Part shown: positions 51,729-61,576 of the stretch, piece by piece
Layout of the letters: every line of letters starts with the position of its first letter
Numbering within the stretch: position 1 is the stretch's first letter
Source of the DNA: an uncultured Verrucomicrobiae bacterium
GTDB lineage: Bacteria; Verrucomicrobiota; Verrucomicrobiia; Chthoniobacterales; JAFAMB01
NCBI GenBank assembly: GCA_963762565.1
Contig: CAVXLD010000010.1
Span: forward strand, 256,001 to 320,000
DNA: 64,000 bases
Direction of reading: 5' to 3'
Notes under the pieces: generated by a model
What the model was told of the DNA's origin: nothing
The model's database searches: none
What the model saw: only the letters and a program-made list of their open reading frames with translations
Made by a program: the position numbers and the translations under genes

Positions 51729-51906
51729 TTTTACTCCTCTAATTTCCATCAAACTAATATCAATAAGCTTGCCTGCGGGCGAAGGTGACCCCTCGATCAT
51801 GACAGGCGGGCCACTCAATGAGACGTGATCAGTCACATTCCAGTTACAGCCGGACAAACGAGGACGATTTACGATAGAGCGACGCCCGCTGCTCCTCCTG
51901 GCTCCC

Positions 51907-52198
51907 AGTGTCCTGTCCCATAAATAACGTGGCTTTCGCCGTCGGTCAGTTGGCTGTTTTTCAAGGCGCGAGCGAAGCGCCCATATCTGGTTCATACGGG
52001 TCGAGCGAGCAACGCGGAAAAACAGCCAACTGGCCACGGCCCGGACGGTTGCGATGAAAATGGGCCGGCGGCTGCGTTGCTCGTCGGTTACGTATCGATC
52101 TAGATATGCGCCCTCTACCGCCAGTCCGGCTCGGACCGCCTTGCCGGCGGCCCATTTTGATCGCAACGAAAGCCACGTTATTTATGGGACAGGACACT
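51907..52198. mobile_element. MITE with perfect 32-bp terminal inverted repeats
   Basis: AGTGTCCTGTCCCATAAATAACGTGGCTTTCG and its reverse complement; CCAG/CTAG junctions. Confidence 0.8.
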
Positions 52199-52227
52199 AG
52201 ATTCTCGATCCTAGCTCCTCTTTTCAC

Positions 52228-52256
52228 TTGACGCCCCAGCCCGAGAACAGCATCTT
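52228..52256 (+). promoter_or_regulatory. Candidate rpmB promoter
   Basis: TTGACG-N17-CATCTT. Confidence 0.4.
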
Positions 52257-52282
52257 TCCGCTCTTTTCGAAAAAGGGGTTCT

Positions 52283-52546
52283 ATGTCTAGAGTCTGCAGC
52301 ATCACCGGGGCAAAGCCCAGCAAGGGGCACATCATCCATCGTCGTGGTATGGCCAAGAAAAAAGGCGGCGTGGGCCAACATGTCACGGCAAACACACCAC
52401 GGCTTTTTGTACCGAATCTTAAGACTCGGCGGATCTGGGTACCCGAGCTCGAGCGTTTTGTAACCGTGAAGTTAAGCGCGCGCGCGCTCAAAACCGTCGC
52501 CAAAAACGGCGCCTATCAAACTCTCAAAGCAGCCGGCTTAGTTTGA
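52283..52546 (+). CDS. rpmB: 50S ribosomal protein L28
   Basis: MSRVCSITG, KKKGGVG, RLFVPNL, LSARALKT. Confidence 0.95.
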   Translation: MSRVCSITGAKPSKGHIIHRRGMAKKKGGVGQHVTANTPRLFVPNLKTRRIWVPELERFVTVKLSARALKTVAKNGAYQTLKAAGLV

Positions 52547-52586
52547 AACAGCCTGCATCGCTCATCCGGTGGCTACCGGATGAGCG

Positions 52587-53555
52587 ATGCAAGCTGTAGA
52601 AAAGCGAAAGATTATTCCGGTGAGTGTCTTGACCGGGTTCTTGGGAGCCGGGAAAACGACACTCGTAAACCACATCTTGCGAGAACAGTCCGAATATAAA
52701 TTCGGTCTGATCATCAACGAGATCGGGGAAATTGGCATCGACGGCCAATTAGTCCAGACCGAGACCGAAGATGTGGTGGAGATGAGCAATGGCTGCATTT
52801 GTTGCACCATTAGAAAAGACCTGGTTAAAGGCATTCAAAAGCTCCTCAAAAGAGGCAACCTGGACTATATCCTGATCGAAACAACCGGGATCGCGGACCC
52901 TGGGCCGGTCGCGCAAACGTTTCTGAACGTCCCGCAACTTCAACAATACGCGCGGCTCGATTCGATTATCACGCTCGTCGATGCCGAGAATATTCGTCAC
53001 CAGCTCAAGGAGACTACGGTCGCGAAAGAGCAGGTCGCGTTAGCGGACTTTATCCTGTTGAACAAAACCGATTTGGTCAGCCAACAGGAACTGACTGCGG
53101 TGGAAGAATCACTCGCAACCATCAATCCGTTCGCCCGGGTGTTCCGGACTGAACACTCGAAGGTGAACTTGAAGGAGTTGCTCGACGTTGACGTCTTCAA
53201 TCTTGATCAGAAGCTTTCCGTTGACCCGGAATTCTTAAACGAATTGAAGAACGGCGAACATTCCGACATCAATTCTTTCTCATTCAAGTTCGATCGGCCG
53301 TTTGAAATTGAGGAATTTGATGAGCAGCTACAGTCGATCTGCGAAGGGAGTCAGGTTTATCGGGCCAAAGGCATCATCTGGGTCAGCGGTAATCCGCGGC
53401 GAGCGGTCTTCCACGGCGTTAACAACCGGTTCACTATCTATTGGGATAGACTGTGGGAAAAAGAAGAGCCTCGTTTCAGCCAGCTCGTCTTTATCGGCAA
53501 AGATCTGCAAAAAGAAACCTTCGCGGAGAAGCTCGAAGATTGTTTGGCAGGGTAA
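52587..53555 (+). CDS. COG0523/CobW-family GTPase metallochaperone
   Basis: TGFLGAGKTT, NEIGEIGID, GCICC, ETTGIADP, NKTD. Confidence 0.93.
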   Translation: MQAVEKRKIIPVSVLTGFLGAGKTTLVNHILREQSEYKFGLIINEIGEIGIDGQLVQTETEDVVEMSNGCICCTIRKDLVKGIQKLLKRGNLDYILIETTGIADPGPVAQTFLNVPQLQQYARLDSIITLVDAENIRHQLKETTVAKEQVALADFILLNKTDLVSQQELTAVEESLATINPFARVFRTEHSKVNLKELLDVDVFNLDQKLSVDPEFLNELKNGEHSDINSFSFKFDRPFEIEEFDEQLQSICEGSQVYRAKGIIWVSGNPRRAVFHGVNNRFTIYWDRLWEKEEPRFSQLVFIGKDLQKETFAEKLEDCLAG

Positions 53556-53584
53556 GTGTTGTTAGGGCAAGGCTGCCGTAATTT

Positions 53585-53816
53585 GGTGGGGCGAGGCTCC
53601 GGAATAGCCGAAAAAGCGACGCAGCGCAGAATAACGTTTCGTCGGCATATCGGAAGCAACACCTGAAAACTGCCGAGCCGTGGGTCGCGCAACGCACGGC
53701 TCGGCAGCTTCTAGGTGTTGCTCACTCTAGACCAACGAAACATTTTCTGGCGCTGCGCTTACCGAAGGGCTGTTCCGGAGCCTCGCCCTACCAACTTTGG
53801 CGGGCCTCGCCCTACC
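53585..53816. repeat. Family A element (53585-53792) with an extra right-arm piece
   Basis: GGTGGGGCGAGGCTCCGGAA ... GCCGAGCCGTG/CACGGCTCGGC ... TTCCGGAGCCTCGCCCTACC. Confidence 0.9.
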
Positions 53817-53819
53817 TAT

Positions 53820-54821
53820 CTACGATTTCGCCGTGTCGCGCTGGGACTCGATCGAAGCCAGGTCGGCATCGACCATGATACGAACGAGTTCCTCAAATCG
53901 GACTTGAGGTTCCCAGTTCAACATCTTCTTCGCTTTGGTGGCATCGCCGATCAGCAGATCAACCTCGGCCGGGCGTTCATACCTACCGTCGTGTTTGACA
54001 AACTCTTTCCAATCAAGCCCAACTCGCTCAAACGCCAGCTCCACAAATTCACGAACGCTGTGGGTCTCATTGGTGGCCAGGATATAATCGTCAGGCCGAT
54101 CTTGTTGGAGCATCAGCCACATTCCCTGAACGTATTCAGGCGCGTATCCCCAGTCGCGTCTGGCATCAAGGTTTCCCAGATAAAGGGCTTTATCTAACCC
54201 ACATTTAATTCGAGCAACGGCTCGCGAGATCTTCCTGGTAACAAACGTCTCCCCTCGCCTGGGACTTTCGTGGTTAAAAAGGATCCCGTTGCTCGCATGC
54301 AACCCGTAGCTCTCCCGATAATTCACGGTTGCCCAATAGGAAAACACCTTGGCCACTCCATAAGGACTCCTTGGCCAAAAAGGTGTTCTTTCCGTTTGCG
54401 GCACTTCCTGTACTTTGCCGAACATCTCACTGCTGGAAGCTTGATAAAAACGGGGCTTAACTCCGGATTCGCGAATGGCCTCTAGAATTCGAATCGTACC
54501 GATGCCGGTGACATCCGCCGTATACTCTGGGATATCGAAGCTCACGCGAACGTGACTCTGGGCTCCCAAGTGGTAGATCTCGTCGGGCTGGAGCTTGTAA
54601 AGGAGCTTTACCAGGTGGCCTGAATCCGCCAGATCGCCGTAATGAAGAAAGAGCCGGACTCCGTGCACATGGGGGTCCTGGTAGAGGTGATCGATTCGTG
54701 AAGTGTTAAAGGTGCTGGCTCGACGAATGATCCCGTGTACCTCGTAATCTTTGCCGAGTAAAAAATCCGCCAGGTACGAACCGTCTTGGCCCGTGATTCC
54801 AGTGATTAAAGCGCGTTTCAC
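53820..54821 (-). CDS. gmd: GDP-mannose 4,6-dehydratase
   Basis: [43 protein letters not shown]. Confidence 0.98.
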   Translation of the reverse strand: MKRALITGITGQDGSYLADFLLGKDYEVHGIIRRASTFNTSRIDHLYQDPHVHGVRLFLHYGDLADSGHLVKLLYKLQPDEIYHLGAQSHVRVSFDIPEYTADVTGIGTIRILEAIRESGVKPRFYQASSSEMFGKVQEVPQTERTPFWPRSPYGVAKVFSYWATVNYRESYGLHASNGILFNHESPRRGETFVTRKISRAVARIKCGLDKALYLGNLDARRDWGYAPEYVQGMWLMLQQDRPDDYILATNETHSVREFVELAFERVGLDWKEFVKHDGRYERPAEVDLLIGDATKAKKMLNWEPQVRFEELVRIMVDADLASIESQRDTAKS

Positions 54822-54839
54822 TAAGTGTTTGAATCTCTA

Positions 54840-55619
54840 CTAGTCTATTTCGGGAATTCCAGGCGCCAGATCATGCAGAATCCGTCTCTGATGCTCAATG
54901 ATCCCGGCGATGGCTCGTTGACCGGCTGCTAACATCCCCGAAAGATCCGTTCCAGAAAAGGTTGCTTCTTCACCCGTCCCTTGAATCTCGATAAATTCTC
55001 CGCGATGACTCATCACCAAGTTAAGATCAACGGTGGCTTTCTTATCTTCCTTGTAATCCAAGTCAACGAACACCTGGCCCTCAACCATACCGACACTGAC
55101 CGCAGCGACCAAGGAACGCAAAGGCCATTTTTCGAGAGTGCCGGCAGCCATTAGTTTAGCAAAGGCAAGAGCAACTGCGACGGTCGCTCCCGAGATTGCG
55201 GCCGTCCGAGTTCCTCCGTCGGCCCGCAATACATCGCAATCCACCCAGACTGTGCGCGGCCCAAGCAGATCGAGATCGATCGCGGCTCTCAGCGAGCGTC
55301 CAATCAATCGTTGAATCTCAACCCCACGGCCGTCGAGTTTCCCTTTTGAAACATCTCGTGGCCGCCGCGTAAGGGTCGAATAAGGCAGCATTGAATATTC
55401 GGCCGTAATCCACCCCCCGAGAACGTTCTGCTCCTTCATCCAACGGGGTACGGTGTCCTCCAAGCACACCGCACAAATGACCTGCGTGTCGCCGGTTGAC
55501 ACCAAAACCGACCCACTGGCGTGGGGAGCGATGTTCGGCACGATTTTGAACGAACGCGCCTGATCGGACGATCGATCCTCAGAGCGTTGAATTACTGGTA
55601 TAGCCGGGTGTTCCTCCAT
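54840..55619 (-). CDS. rph: Ribonuclease PH
   Basis: GWITAEYSMLP, EIQRLIGRSLR, ADGGTRTAAI, EIQGTGE. Confidence 0.97.
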   Translation of the reverse strand: MEEHPAIPVIQRSEDRSSDQARSFKIVPNIAPHASGSVLVSTGDTQVICAVCLEDTVPRWMKEQNVLGGWITAEYSMLPYSTLTRRPRDVSKGKLDGRGVEIQRLIGRSLRAAIDLDLLGPRTVWVDCDVLRADGGTRTAAISGATVAVALAFAKLMAAGTLEKWPLRSLVAAVSVGMVEGQVFVDLDYKEDKKATVDLNLVMSHRGEFIEIQGTGEEATFSGTDLSGMLAAGQRAIAGIIEHQRRILHDLAPGIPEID

Positions 55620-55644
55620 AGCGCGAAACGGCCAAGGATAGGAG

Positions 55645-55987
55645 AGGAGTTCAAGGAGTTCAAGGAGTTCAAGAACAGGTAGGGCGAGGCTCCGGAATCG
55701 GGGGTCGCCACCCGTGGAGCGCTGCCTCGCTTGCGAGGCCGATGGTGAGCAAGGGGAAATGTGACTCAGGCTAAAAAATGTGGCTGCGCTCTGTATGCTG
55801 GCGTGATTTCGGTGTTTGGTTTCTCTAGGTCCCTAAGCGGCGAAAATTGCACACGCTCAATAGCGCTGGCAGCCGACAAGCCTGCGACATCTGTGCCCCT
55901 GCTCACCATCGGCCTCGCAAGCGAGGCAGCGCTCCCCGGGTGGCGACCCCTATCCCAGGAGCCTCGCCGTACCGGTCCTTGAACTCC
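55645..55987. repeat. Four-layer nested palindrome (AGGAGTTCA 9-mers > A arms > GGGGTCGCCACCC > B arms)
   Basis: Each layer has its inverted partner on the right in mirrored order. Confidence 0.9.
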
Positions 55988-56018
55988 GTCCCCCTCTAGT
56001 GGATGCTGCCTGCCGCTA

Positions 56019-56873
56019 ATGGAAGTCTTTGTTCAGGTCCCGGCATCGACCACCAATCTTGGTCCTGGCTTCGATTGCCTCGGCGTGGCCCTACAATTAT
56101 GGAACCGAACCCGAGTTCGCTGCGTCAACGGTTCAAGCCCGTCACTCAGCCCCCGTCCCAAGATGGTCGACGAAGCCGCCCAAGCTTTTTTCTCCAATTC
56201 CACTATTACTCCTTTCGAATTTGATTGGAGCTTACAAGGGGACGTGCCTCCAGCTCGGGGTCTGGGTAGCAGTGTGACTTTGCGGTTGGGCGTGCTCATG
56301 GGGCTCAACCAGCTCGCCGGCAATATTTATTCTACATTGGAGCTCAAACAGCTTTGTGACCGGCTGGAAGGCCACCCCGATAACACGGCCGCGGCGCTGA
56401 ACGGCGGTTTCACCGTGGTCAATGCCCGCAGGAAAGCGGTCCAGCGTTTTGATGTGTCCTCAGATCTCCATTTCGTGTTATTCATCCCGGACTTCGAAGT
56501 CGCAACTTCGGAAGCTAGGAAAGTATTGCCCGCAACCTATTCAAGGTCGGATATCGTGGAGAATCTCGCTAACGTCGCACTGATCGCCACAGCATTTGCC
56601 ACTCAGGACTACGAGTCTTTGCGCGGTGCGTTCACCGACCGCTTACATGAACCGTACCGAGAACCGTTGGTACCGATGTTGCGCGATGTGGTAAGCGCCG
56701 GTCAAAAGGCAGGCGCGCTCGGCGGTTTTTTGAGCGGCTCCGGTTCAACCGTTGCTTGTTTGACCACCCAAGATCCGCAACCGGTCGCGGACGCCATGCA
56801 AGCCGCCGCCGGAAAGGCCAAAGGCAAGATCACTATCGTGCAGGCCGATAATTCCGGCGCCCAGATCTTATAA
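56019..56873 (+). CDS. thrB: Homoserine kinase
   Basis: VPASTTNLGPGFD, PPARGLGSS, EGHPDN, LSGSGST. Confidence 0.96.
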   Translation: MEVFVQVPASTTNLGPGFDCLGVALQLWNRTRVRCVNGSSPSLSPRPKMVDEAAQAFFSNSTITPFEFDWSLQGDVPPARGLGSSVTLRLGVLMGLNQLAGNIYSTLELKQLCDRLEGHPDNTAAALNGGFTVVNARRKAVQRFDVSSDLHFVLFIPDFEVATSEARKVLPATYSRSDIVENLANVALIATAFATQDYESLRGAFTDRLHEPYREPLVPMLRDVVSAGQKAGALGGFLSGSGSTVACLTTQDPQPVADAMQAAAGKAKGKITIVQADNSGAQIL

Positions 56874-56885
56874 AGGAGATTCAAG

Positions 56886-58082
56886 ATGCCCGGTCGACTG
56901 GATGAACTCGAACAATACGCGATCGATGTCATTCTCGAGCGCCGCCACGGGATCCGGCCCAGCCTTCTCAGAATCACTCTCCGGCTCCTTTCTCATTTGT
57001 ATCTAGGGCTTGTCCAATTGCGCATTTATCTTTACCGGACCAGGATCTTAAGAGACCGCCAGCTCGGTTGTCTGGTAATCAGCATCGGCAATCTGACCGT
57101 CGGTGGAACTGGAAAGACGCCGGTCGTAGAAAAGTTTGCCCGCGCTTTGCAAAAGGGCGGCCGCCGGGTGGCGATCCTGAGCCGCGGATACAAGAGCGTT
57201 GATAGTCGAAAAAAGAAAACCTGGCTCGAAAAGATTTTGCGGAAAGGCGGTCAAACGCCGCCTCGGGTGGTATCGGATGGCCGGCGGATTCTGCTCGATT
57301 CAGCCAGTGCCGGAGACGAGCCCTATATGCTCGCGTCGAATCTCAAAGGCGTCGCCGTCGTGGTCGACAAGGACCGGGTTAAAGGTGGTCTGCATGCCAT
57401 AAAAGCGCTGCGCGCCGACACCCTTCTCCTCGATGACGGTCTTCAATACCTGCACCTCAAACATCGGCTCGATATCGTCCTGATCGACCGTCAAGCGCCG
57501 TTTGGAAACGAGTACCTTCTGCCGCGAGGCACGCTGCGCGAACCACCCAAGAATCTTCAGCGGGCCAACTATATCTTCATAACCAAGTGCAACGAAGAAC
57601 CGAACGACGAACTAATCGCGAGGATTCGTAAATACAATCGAACAGCCGAGATCATCGAATGCGCTCATAAGCCGCTCTATTTGCGACACCTTTACAAGGA
57701 TGAACGCCTTCCGCTGGATTATCTGCAGGGTTTATACATAGGCTCCGTTTGTGGAATCGCTGCTCCGGAAAGCTTTGAAAACGGGCTCCGGCAGTTGGGA
57801 GCACGCATCGAACTCTCGCGCAAATTCGCCGACCACCACCGGTACACCGAAGCCGAGCTCCAGAGCTTCCTGCAACGCTGCGTGAAACGTGACGTCAGTG
57901 CGGTGGTCACAACGGAAAAGGACGCCGTCCGATTCCCGGCCATCAGCCCATTGCCGCTTCCAGCCTACTACCTGAGAGTCGAGATCGAGATACTTCGTGG
58001 AGACGAGACCTGGGAACAATGCGTACAACGCATCTGCTCGCCTCGTAGCCTGCAACGTCCCCGGCAACTCTCCTACCTGTGA
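56886..58082 (+). CDS. lpxK: Tetraacyldisaccharide 4'-kinase
   Basis: [34 protein letters not shown]. Confidence 0.96.
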   Translation: MPGRLDELEQYAIDVILERRHGIRPSLLRITLRLLSHLYLGLVQLRIYLYRTRILRDRQLGCLVISIGNLTVGGTGKTPVVEKFARALQKGGRRVAILSRGYKSVDSRKKKTWLEKILRKGGQTPPRVVSDGRRILLDSASAGDEPYMLASNLKGVAVVVDKDRVKGGLHAIKALRADTLLLDDGLQYLHLKHRLDIVLIDRQAPFGNEYLLPRGTLREPPKNLQRANYIFITKCNEEPNDELIARIRKYNRTAEIIECAHKPLYLRHLYKDERLPLDYLQGLYIGSVCGIAAPESFENGLRQLGARIELSRKFADHHRYTEAELQSFLQRCVKRDVSAVVTTEKDAVRFPAISPLPLPAYYLRVEIEILRGDETWEQCVQRICSPRSLQRPRQLSYL

Positions 58083-58161
58083 ACGCGATCGGCTTTCACA
58101 ATTCTAATTCGGCCAGTCACTTAAACAAAACGCCCTGAACCTTGTCTAACGGGGCAGCTTC

Positions 58162-59196
58162 ATGCAATCGCGCCACAACAAATTGAGGATAGGAATTGTC
58201 GGTGCCGGAAGTATCGTTAAAAAGCGCCACCTCCCCGCACTGAATCAGATCGAAGACGTCAAGATTGTGGGGGTCTGCAACTCCAGCTACGAAAGCTCAG
58301 AAAAGTTCTGTTCCCAATTTCTTCCAGAGGCGAAGCCTTACGCGAATTGGGCTGAATTGCTCGCTGAACCGGACATTGATATCATCTGGATCGGGACCTC
58401 TCCTTACTTACACGCCACGATAGCGGTTTCGGCGCTTGAAGCGGGGAAACATGTGTTCTGTCAGGCTAGGATGGCAATGAACCTAGTAGAAGCCGAAGAG
58501 ATGTGCGCCGCTTTGCAGCGACATCCGCATCTGGTCACCATGCTTTGCCCACCGCCGCATGGACTCCGCGGGAGCCGATTGATCCAGAAACTGATGGCCG
58601 ACGAGTATGTCGGCCGGCCGCATCACCTCCGTTTACACAGTTTTAGCGCAGAATATCTGGACCTGGACGCTCCTCCGCATTGGCGACAACGAGATGAATA
58701 TTCGGGCCTCAATGTCCTCACACTCGGGATCTACGCTGAAGTTCTTCAGCGTTGGTTCGGCCCGATTTCCAGTCTCGTGGCTCATCGAAAAACGATCGCG
58801 CCTTTGCGGCAGACCTACGAGGTCCGAATCCCGGATATGGTGACAGTCCTTTGCACCTTCACTAACGGCATAGAAGGCGTTCTTGAATTCAGCGGGATTG
58901 TTCCGCTTCCTGCACCTGACCGATTAGAGCTTTATGGTCATCGAGGAAGGTTGGCGTACGACTTTTCAAAGGACGTGATAACTGGAGCCCAGTTGGGTGA
59001 TTCTGCGCCGGCTGCGATTCCGGTCCCACCAGAATTAGAGCAAACTTGGCGGGTTGAAGCCGATTTTATTGCCGCCGTCCGGTCTCCTGGCGGAATCTTG
59101 CCTCAACCCGGCTTCGGCGAAGGGCTGCAATATATGAAGGTGGTCCAGGCGGTCGCCGATTCCATCGATCAGGGCCGGGAAATCGAAATAGTGTAA
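58162..59196 (+). CDS. Gfo/Idh/MocA oxidoreductase (CQARM variant)
   Basis: IVGAGSI, and GKHVFCQARM in place of EKP. Confidence 0.85.
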   Translation: MQSRHNKLRIGIVGAGSIVKKRHLPALNQIEDVKIVGVCNSSYESSEKFCSQFLPEAKPYANWAELLAEPDIDIIWIGTSPYLHATIAVSALEAGKHVFCQARMAMNLVEAEEMCAALQRHPHLVTMLCPPPHGLRGSRLIQKLMADEYVGRPHHLRLHSFSAEYLDLDAPPHWRQRDEYSGLNVLTLGIYAEVLQRWFGPISSLVAHRKTIAPLRQTYEVRIPDMVTVLCTFTNGIEGVLEFSGIVPLPAPDRLELYGHRGRLAYDFSKDVITGAQLGDSAPAAIPVPPELEQTWRVEADFIAAVRSPGGILPQPGFGEGLQYMKVVQAVADSIDQGREIEIV

Positions 59197-59580
59197 ATCG
59201 TAATCGTTCTCGTTCTCGTCGTCGTCCTCGTCCTCGAAGGGTTTGTGAACGCCGGACGAGCTTGCGGATTCCACCCGCCCTGGAGCCCTGGAGGGGAGCC
59301 GCTTTATAATATTGCAGCTCTATCGGTTGGCAGCAGGCGGCTCCCACGAACGTCTCCACGTGATGCAGTTCTATCGCGAGTCGCGTTCTCACGGCAACGG
59401 AACAGATACGATGGGGAAACATCACGCTGGGTAGTTCCCGGGAGCCGCCCGCTAACAACGTTTGTCGGCCAGATCCTGCCCTGAGGCGAATATCGTGAGG
59501 TCGCCTCGCACGTGCCAAAGCGGCTCCCCTCCAGGTCCTGGGCAGCTACACGCGTTGTCCCCAAACCTTTCGAGGACGAC
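59196..59580. repeat. F shell around a family D core (59290-59532)
   Basis: Same architecture as 43766-44207. Confidence 0.88.
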
Positions 59581-59600
59581 AACAGCTCGCCGACGCTCGC

Positions 59601-60926
59601 CTACTCCGGCGCCACAGCCGCCGGCACCATGATGGCGTCTCGCATCCCGTGCACAATCTTTTTGTCCGGCGGAACAATGGTCGCTAGAACGCCTCCCAGA
59701 ACCACGTCCCGTGGAGAAACCACGAAGTAATAAGGGCAAAGACGAACCCTTCCGCGTAGAACCCGGATTTCGCCGCTTTGTACATCCAAGTATTTCTGCT
59801 CGAAAAGCCCTCCCCGATAAAAACGCTGCAAAATATACGGATTCGTTGAAAACGCTGCTAACGCCTTATCGATTTGCTCGGCCCAAATGTGGTGTGGCAA
59901 ATCGGGTGCGATATGGACGCCTCGGCTGCCCCAAGCCCGCTCCGAGAACCCGCTGATTTTGAGAACGAGTTCCCGTTCCTTTTGGCTGAACTCCTTGAGC
60001 TCCTTCCAATCTTGAACTTCTAGACCCGGGATCACGGCATTATGCGGCAAAGGGGTTGGATCCAAAATCCAGGTGTGAGGAAAGAAGCGGCGCAACAACC
60101 GCCAGTGCCGGTCACTAAGTTCGCGACGCCAGAACTGGGTTAACGGCCTCGACCAGAACAAACCAAACGCCAACTTTTCTTCTAAGAAAGGTTTTAGCGG
60201 CGGGGTGACTTGCAGGTTCCCTTTATGGATACCGTCAAACAGTTGTTCTCTGTAGCGCAGCTTACCAAGATCGAACAACTCGAAGAAACGATAGACCGGC
60301 ACATCTTGAGGAAAGGCCCAATCCTCCGCCCGGACGACTTCCCTGTCCGAGCTTCCCAGTGAGCGCAACCGCTCCACCAACCATTGCATTTCCGGCCGAT
60401 AGGTCGCTGACTCATCGGACACCGCGATGACTCCTTTTGGAAAAATCCGCCCAAACCCATTTACCATCCCGTTCCGGGTCCCGATCACGTCGAACCCTAG
60501 GTCGCTATACGTCTGATTCAGCCAGTCTGTAAGACCAATACCCCCCGGAACCGAATCTAATTCGGTGATGGTCCAACCCTGGTCAGTGAGAATGATGTCC
60601 GGCCGAATCACTGCGGGAAGGACATCGGGATTCGCGCGCGCCGCTCGAATAAGGTCAGGAGGTTTGCCAGCTTCAAAGTACTCCTTGATCCAACTCGGCT
60701 TTTTGCCCTTACAGCTTTGGAAATACAAACGGTTGGTAGCCCGGACGAATTTAAACAGCCAGTGCCCGAGGCGTTCCAGCTGGTCAACCACATCCGCAGA
60801 AAGGAGAAATGGCTCCGGAGAAACCAACCATTCTTTACCGGCAAACAAACCGGTGGCGGGCATGCTTTGCAGAACCGCGCGCGCCCGCTCCAGCTCGACG
60901 GAATTCAATGTGCTTTCGGCACTCAC
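59601..60926 (-). CDS. Uncharacterised circularly permuted ATP-grasp-like protein
   Basis: IRPDIIL..ITELDSVPGG, LVLKISGFS..WGSRGV, YILQRF. Confidence 0.6.
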   Translation of the reverse strand: MSAESTLNSVELERARAVLQSMPATGLFAGKEWLVSPEPFLLSADVVDQLERLGHWLFKFVRATNRLYFQSCKGKKPSWIKEYFEAGKPPDLIRAARANPDVLPAVIRPDIILTDQGWTITELDSVPGGIGLTDWLNQTYSDLGFDVIGTRNGMVNGFGRIFPKGVIAVSDESATYRPEMQWLVERLRSLGSSDREVVRAEDWAFPQDVPVYRFFELFDLGKLRYREQLFDGIHKGNLQVTPPLKPFLEEKLAFGLFWSRPLTQFWRRELSDRHWRLLRRFFPHTWILDPTPLPHNAVIPGLEVQDWKELKEFSQKERELVLKISGFSERAWGSRGVHIAPDLPHHIWAEQIDKALAAFSTNPYILQRFYRGGLFEQKYLDVQSGEIRVLRGRVRLCPYYFVVSPRDVVLGGVLATIVPPDKKIVHGMRDAIMVPAAVAPE

Positions 60927-61519
60927 GCGAGTTTCTTTAGCGCTCGACGCACGAGCTCATCCGTCTCCAATTGCTCACCGGCATCGTGCACCTCGCGGAG
61001 CGCCTTTTGCGCTTCAACCTGTTTAAAGCCGAGCGAAATTAAGGCCAATACCGCATCATTCACTTTTGAAGCACCATCATGCCGGCCGGCAGCCGCCGCT
61101 TCCCAGGCTGCTGCGACACCGACCTTATCTTTCAATTCAAGAACAATTCGTTCCGCAGTCTTTTTCCCGAGACCGCTGATCCGGGCCAGCGCGACGATAT
61201 CATGATTCACAACCGCGGACTTGAATTGGGAAACACTCATACCGCTAAGCACCGCCAAGGCGAGCTTTGGCCCCACCCCAGTGACGTGTTGAAGTAGCAA
61301 ACGGAACAAGTCCCTCTCCGCAGAGCTCAAGAAACCAAACAAAAGATGCGCGTCCTCTCGTACCACCAAATGAGTCAACAACCGTACCCGCTGACCCACG
61401 GGAGGCAGATGTTCAAAACTGGAGAGTGGAATTTGCGCTAAGTAACCAACCCCATGTACAGAAACGATGACTTGAGTTGGCCAAGCCTCGGCTAGCTCAC
61501 CATCCAGAAAAGCAATCAT
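60923..61519 (-). CDS. ruvA: Holliday junction branch migration protein RuvA
   Basis: MIAFLDG, GVGY, VREDA..LFGF, GVGPKLA, GLGKKTAERIVLELKDK. Confidence 0.97.
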   Translation of the reverse strand: MIAFLDGELAEAWPTQVIVSVHGVGYLAQIPLSSFEHLPPVGQRVRLLTHLVVREDAHLLFGFLSSAERDLFRLLLQHVTGVGPKLALAVLSGMSVSQFKSAVVNHDIVALARISGLGKKTAERIVLELKDKVGVAAAWEAAAAGRHDGASKVNDAVLALISLGFKQVEAQKALREVHDAGEQLETDELVRRALKKLA

Positions 61520-61576
61520 GTTGAGCTATAGAAGTACCCGGTCGCTTCGAAACTTCAAATGCCACAACACGCTTAA

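Noticed and set aside
52200..52283. Zur box upstream of rpmB
   Set aside because: No convincing AT-rich palindrome is visible.
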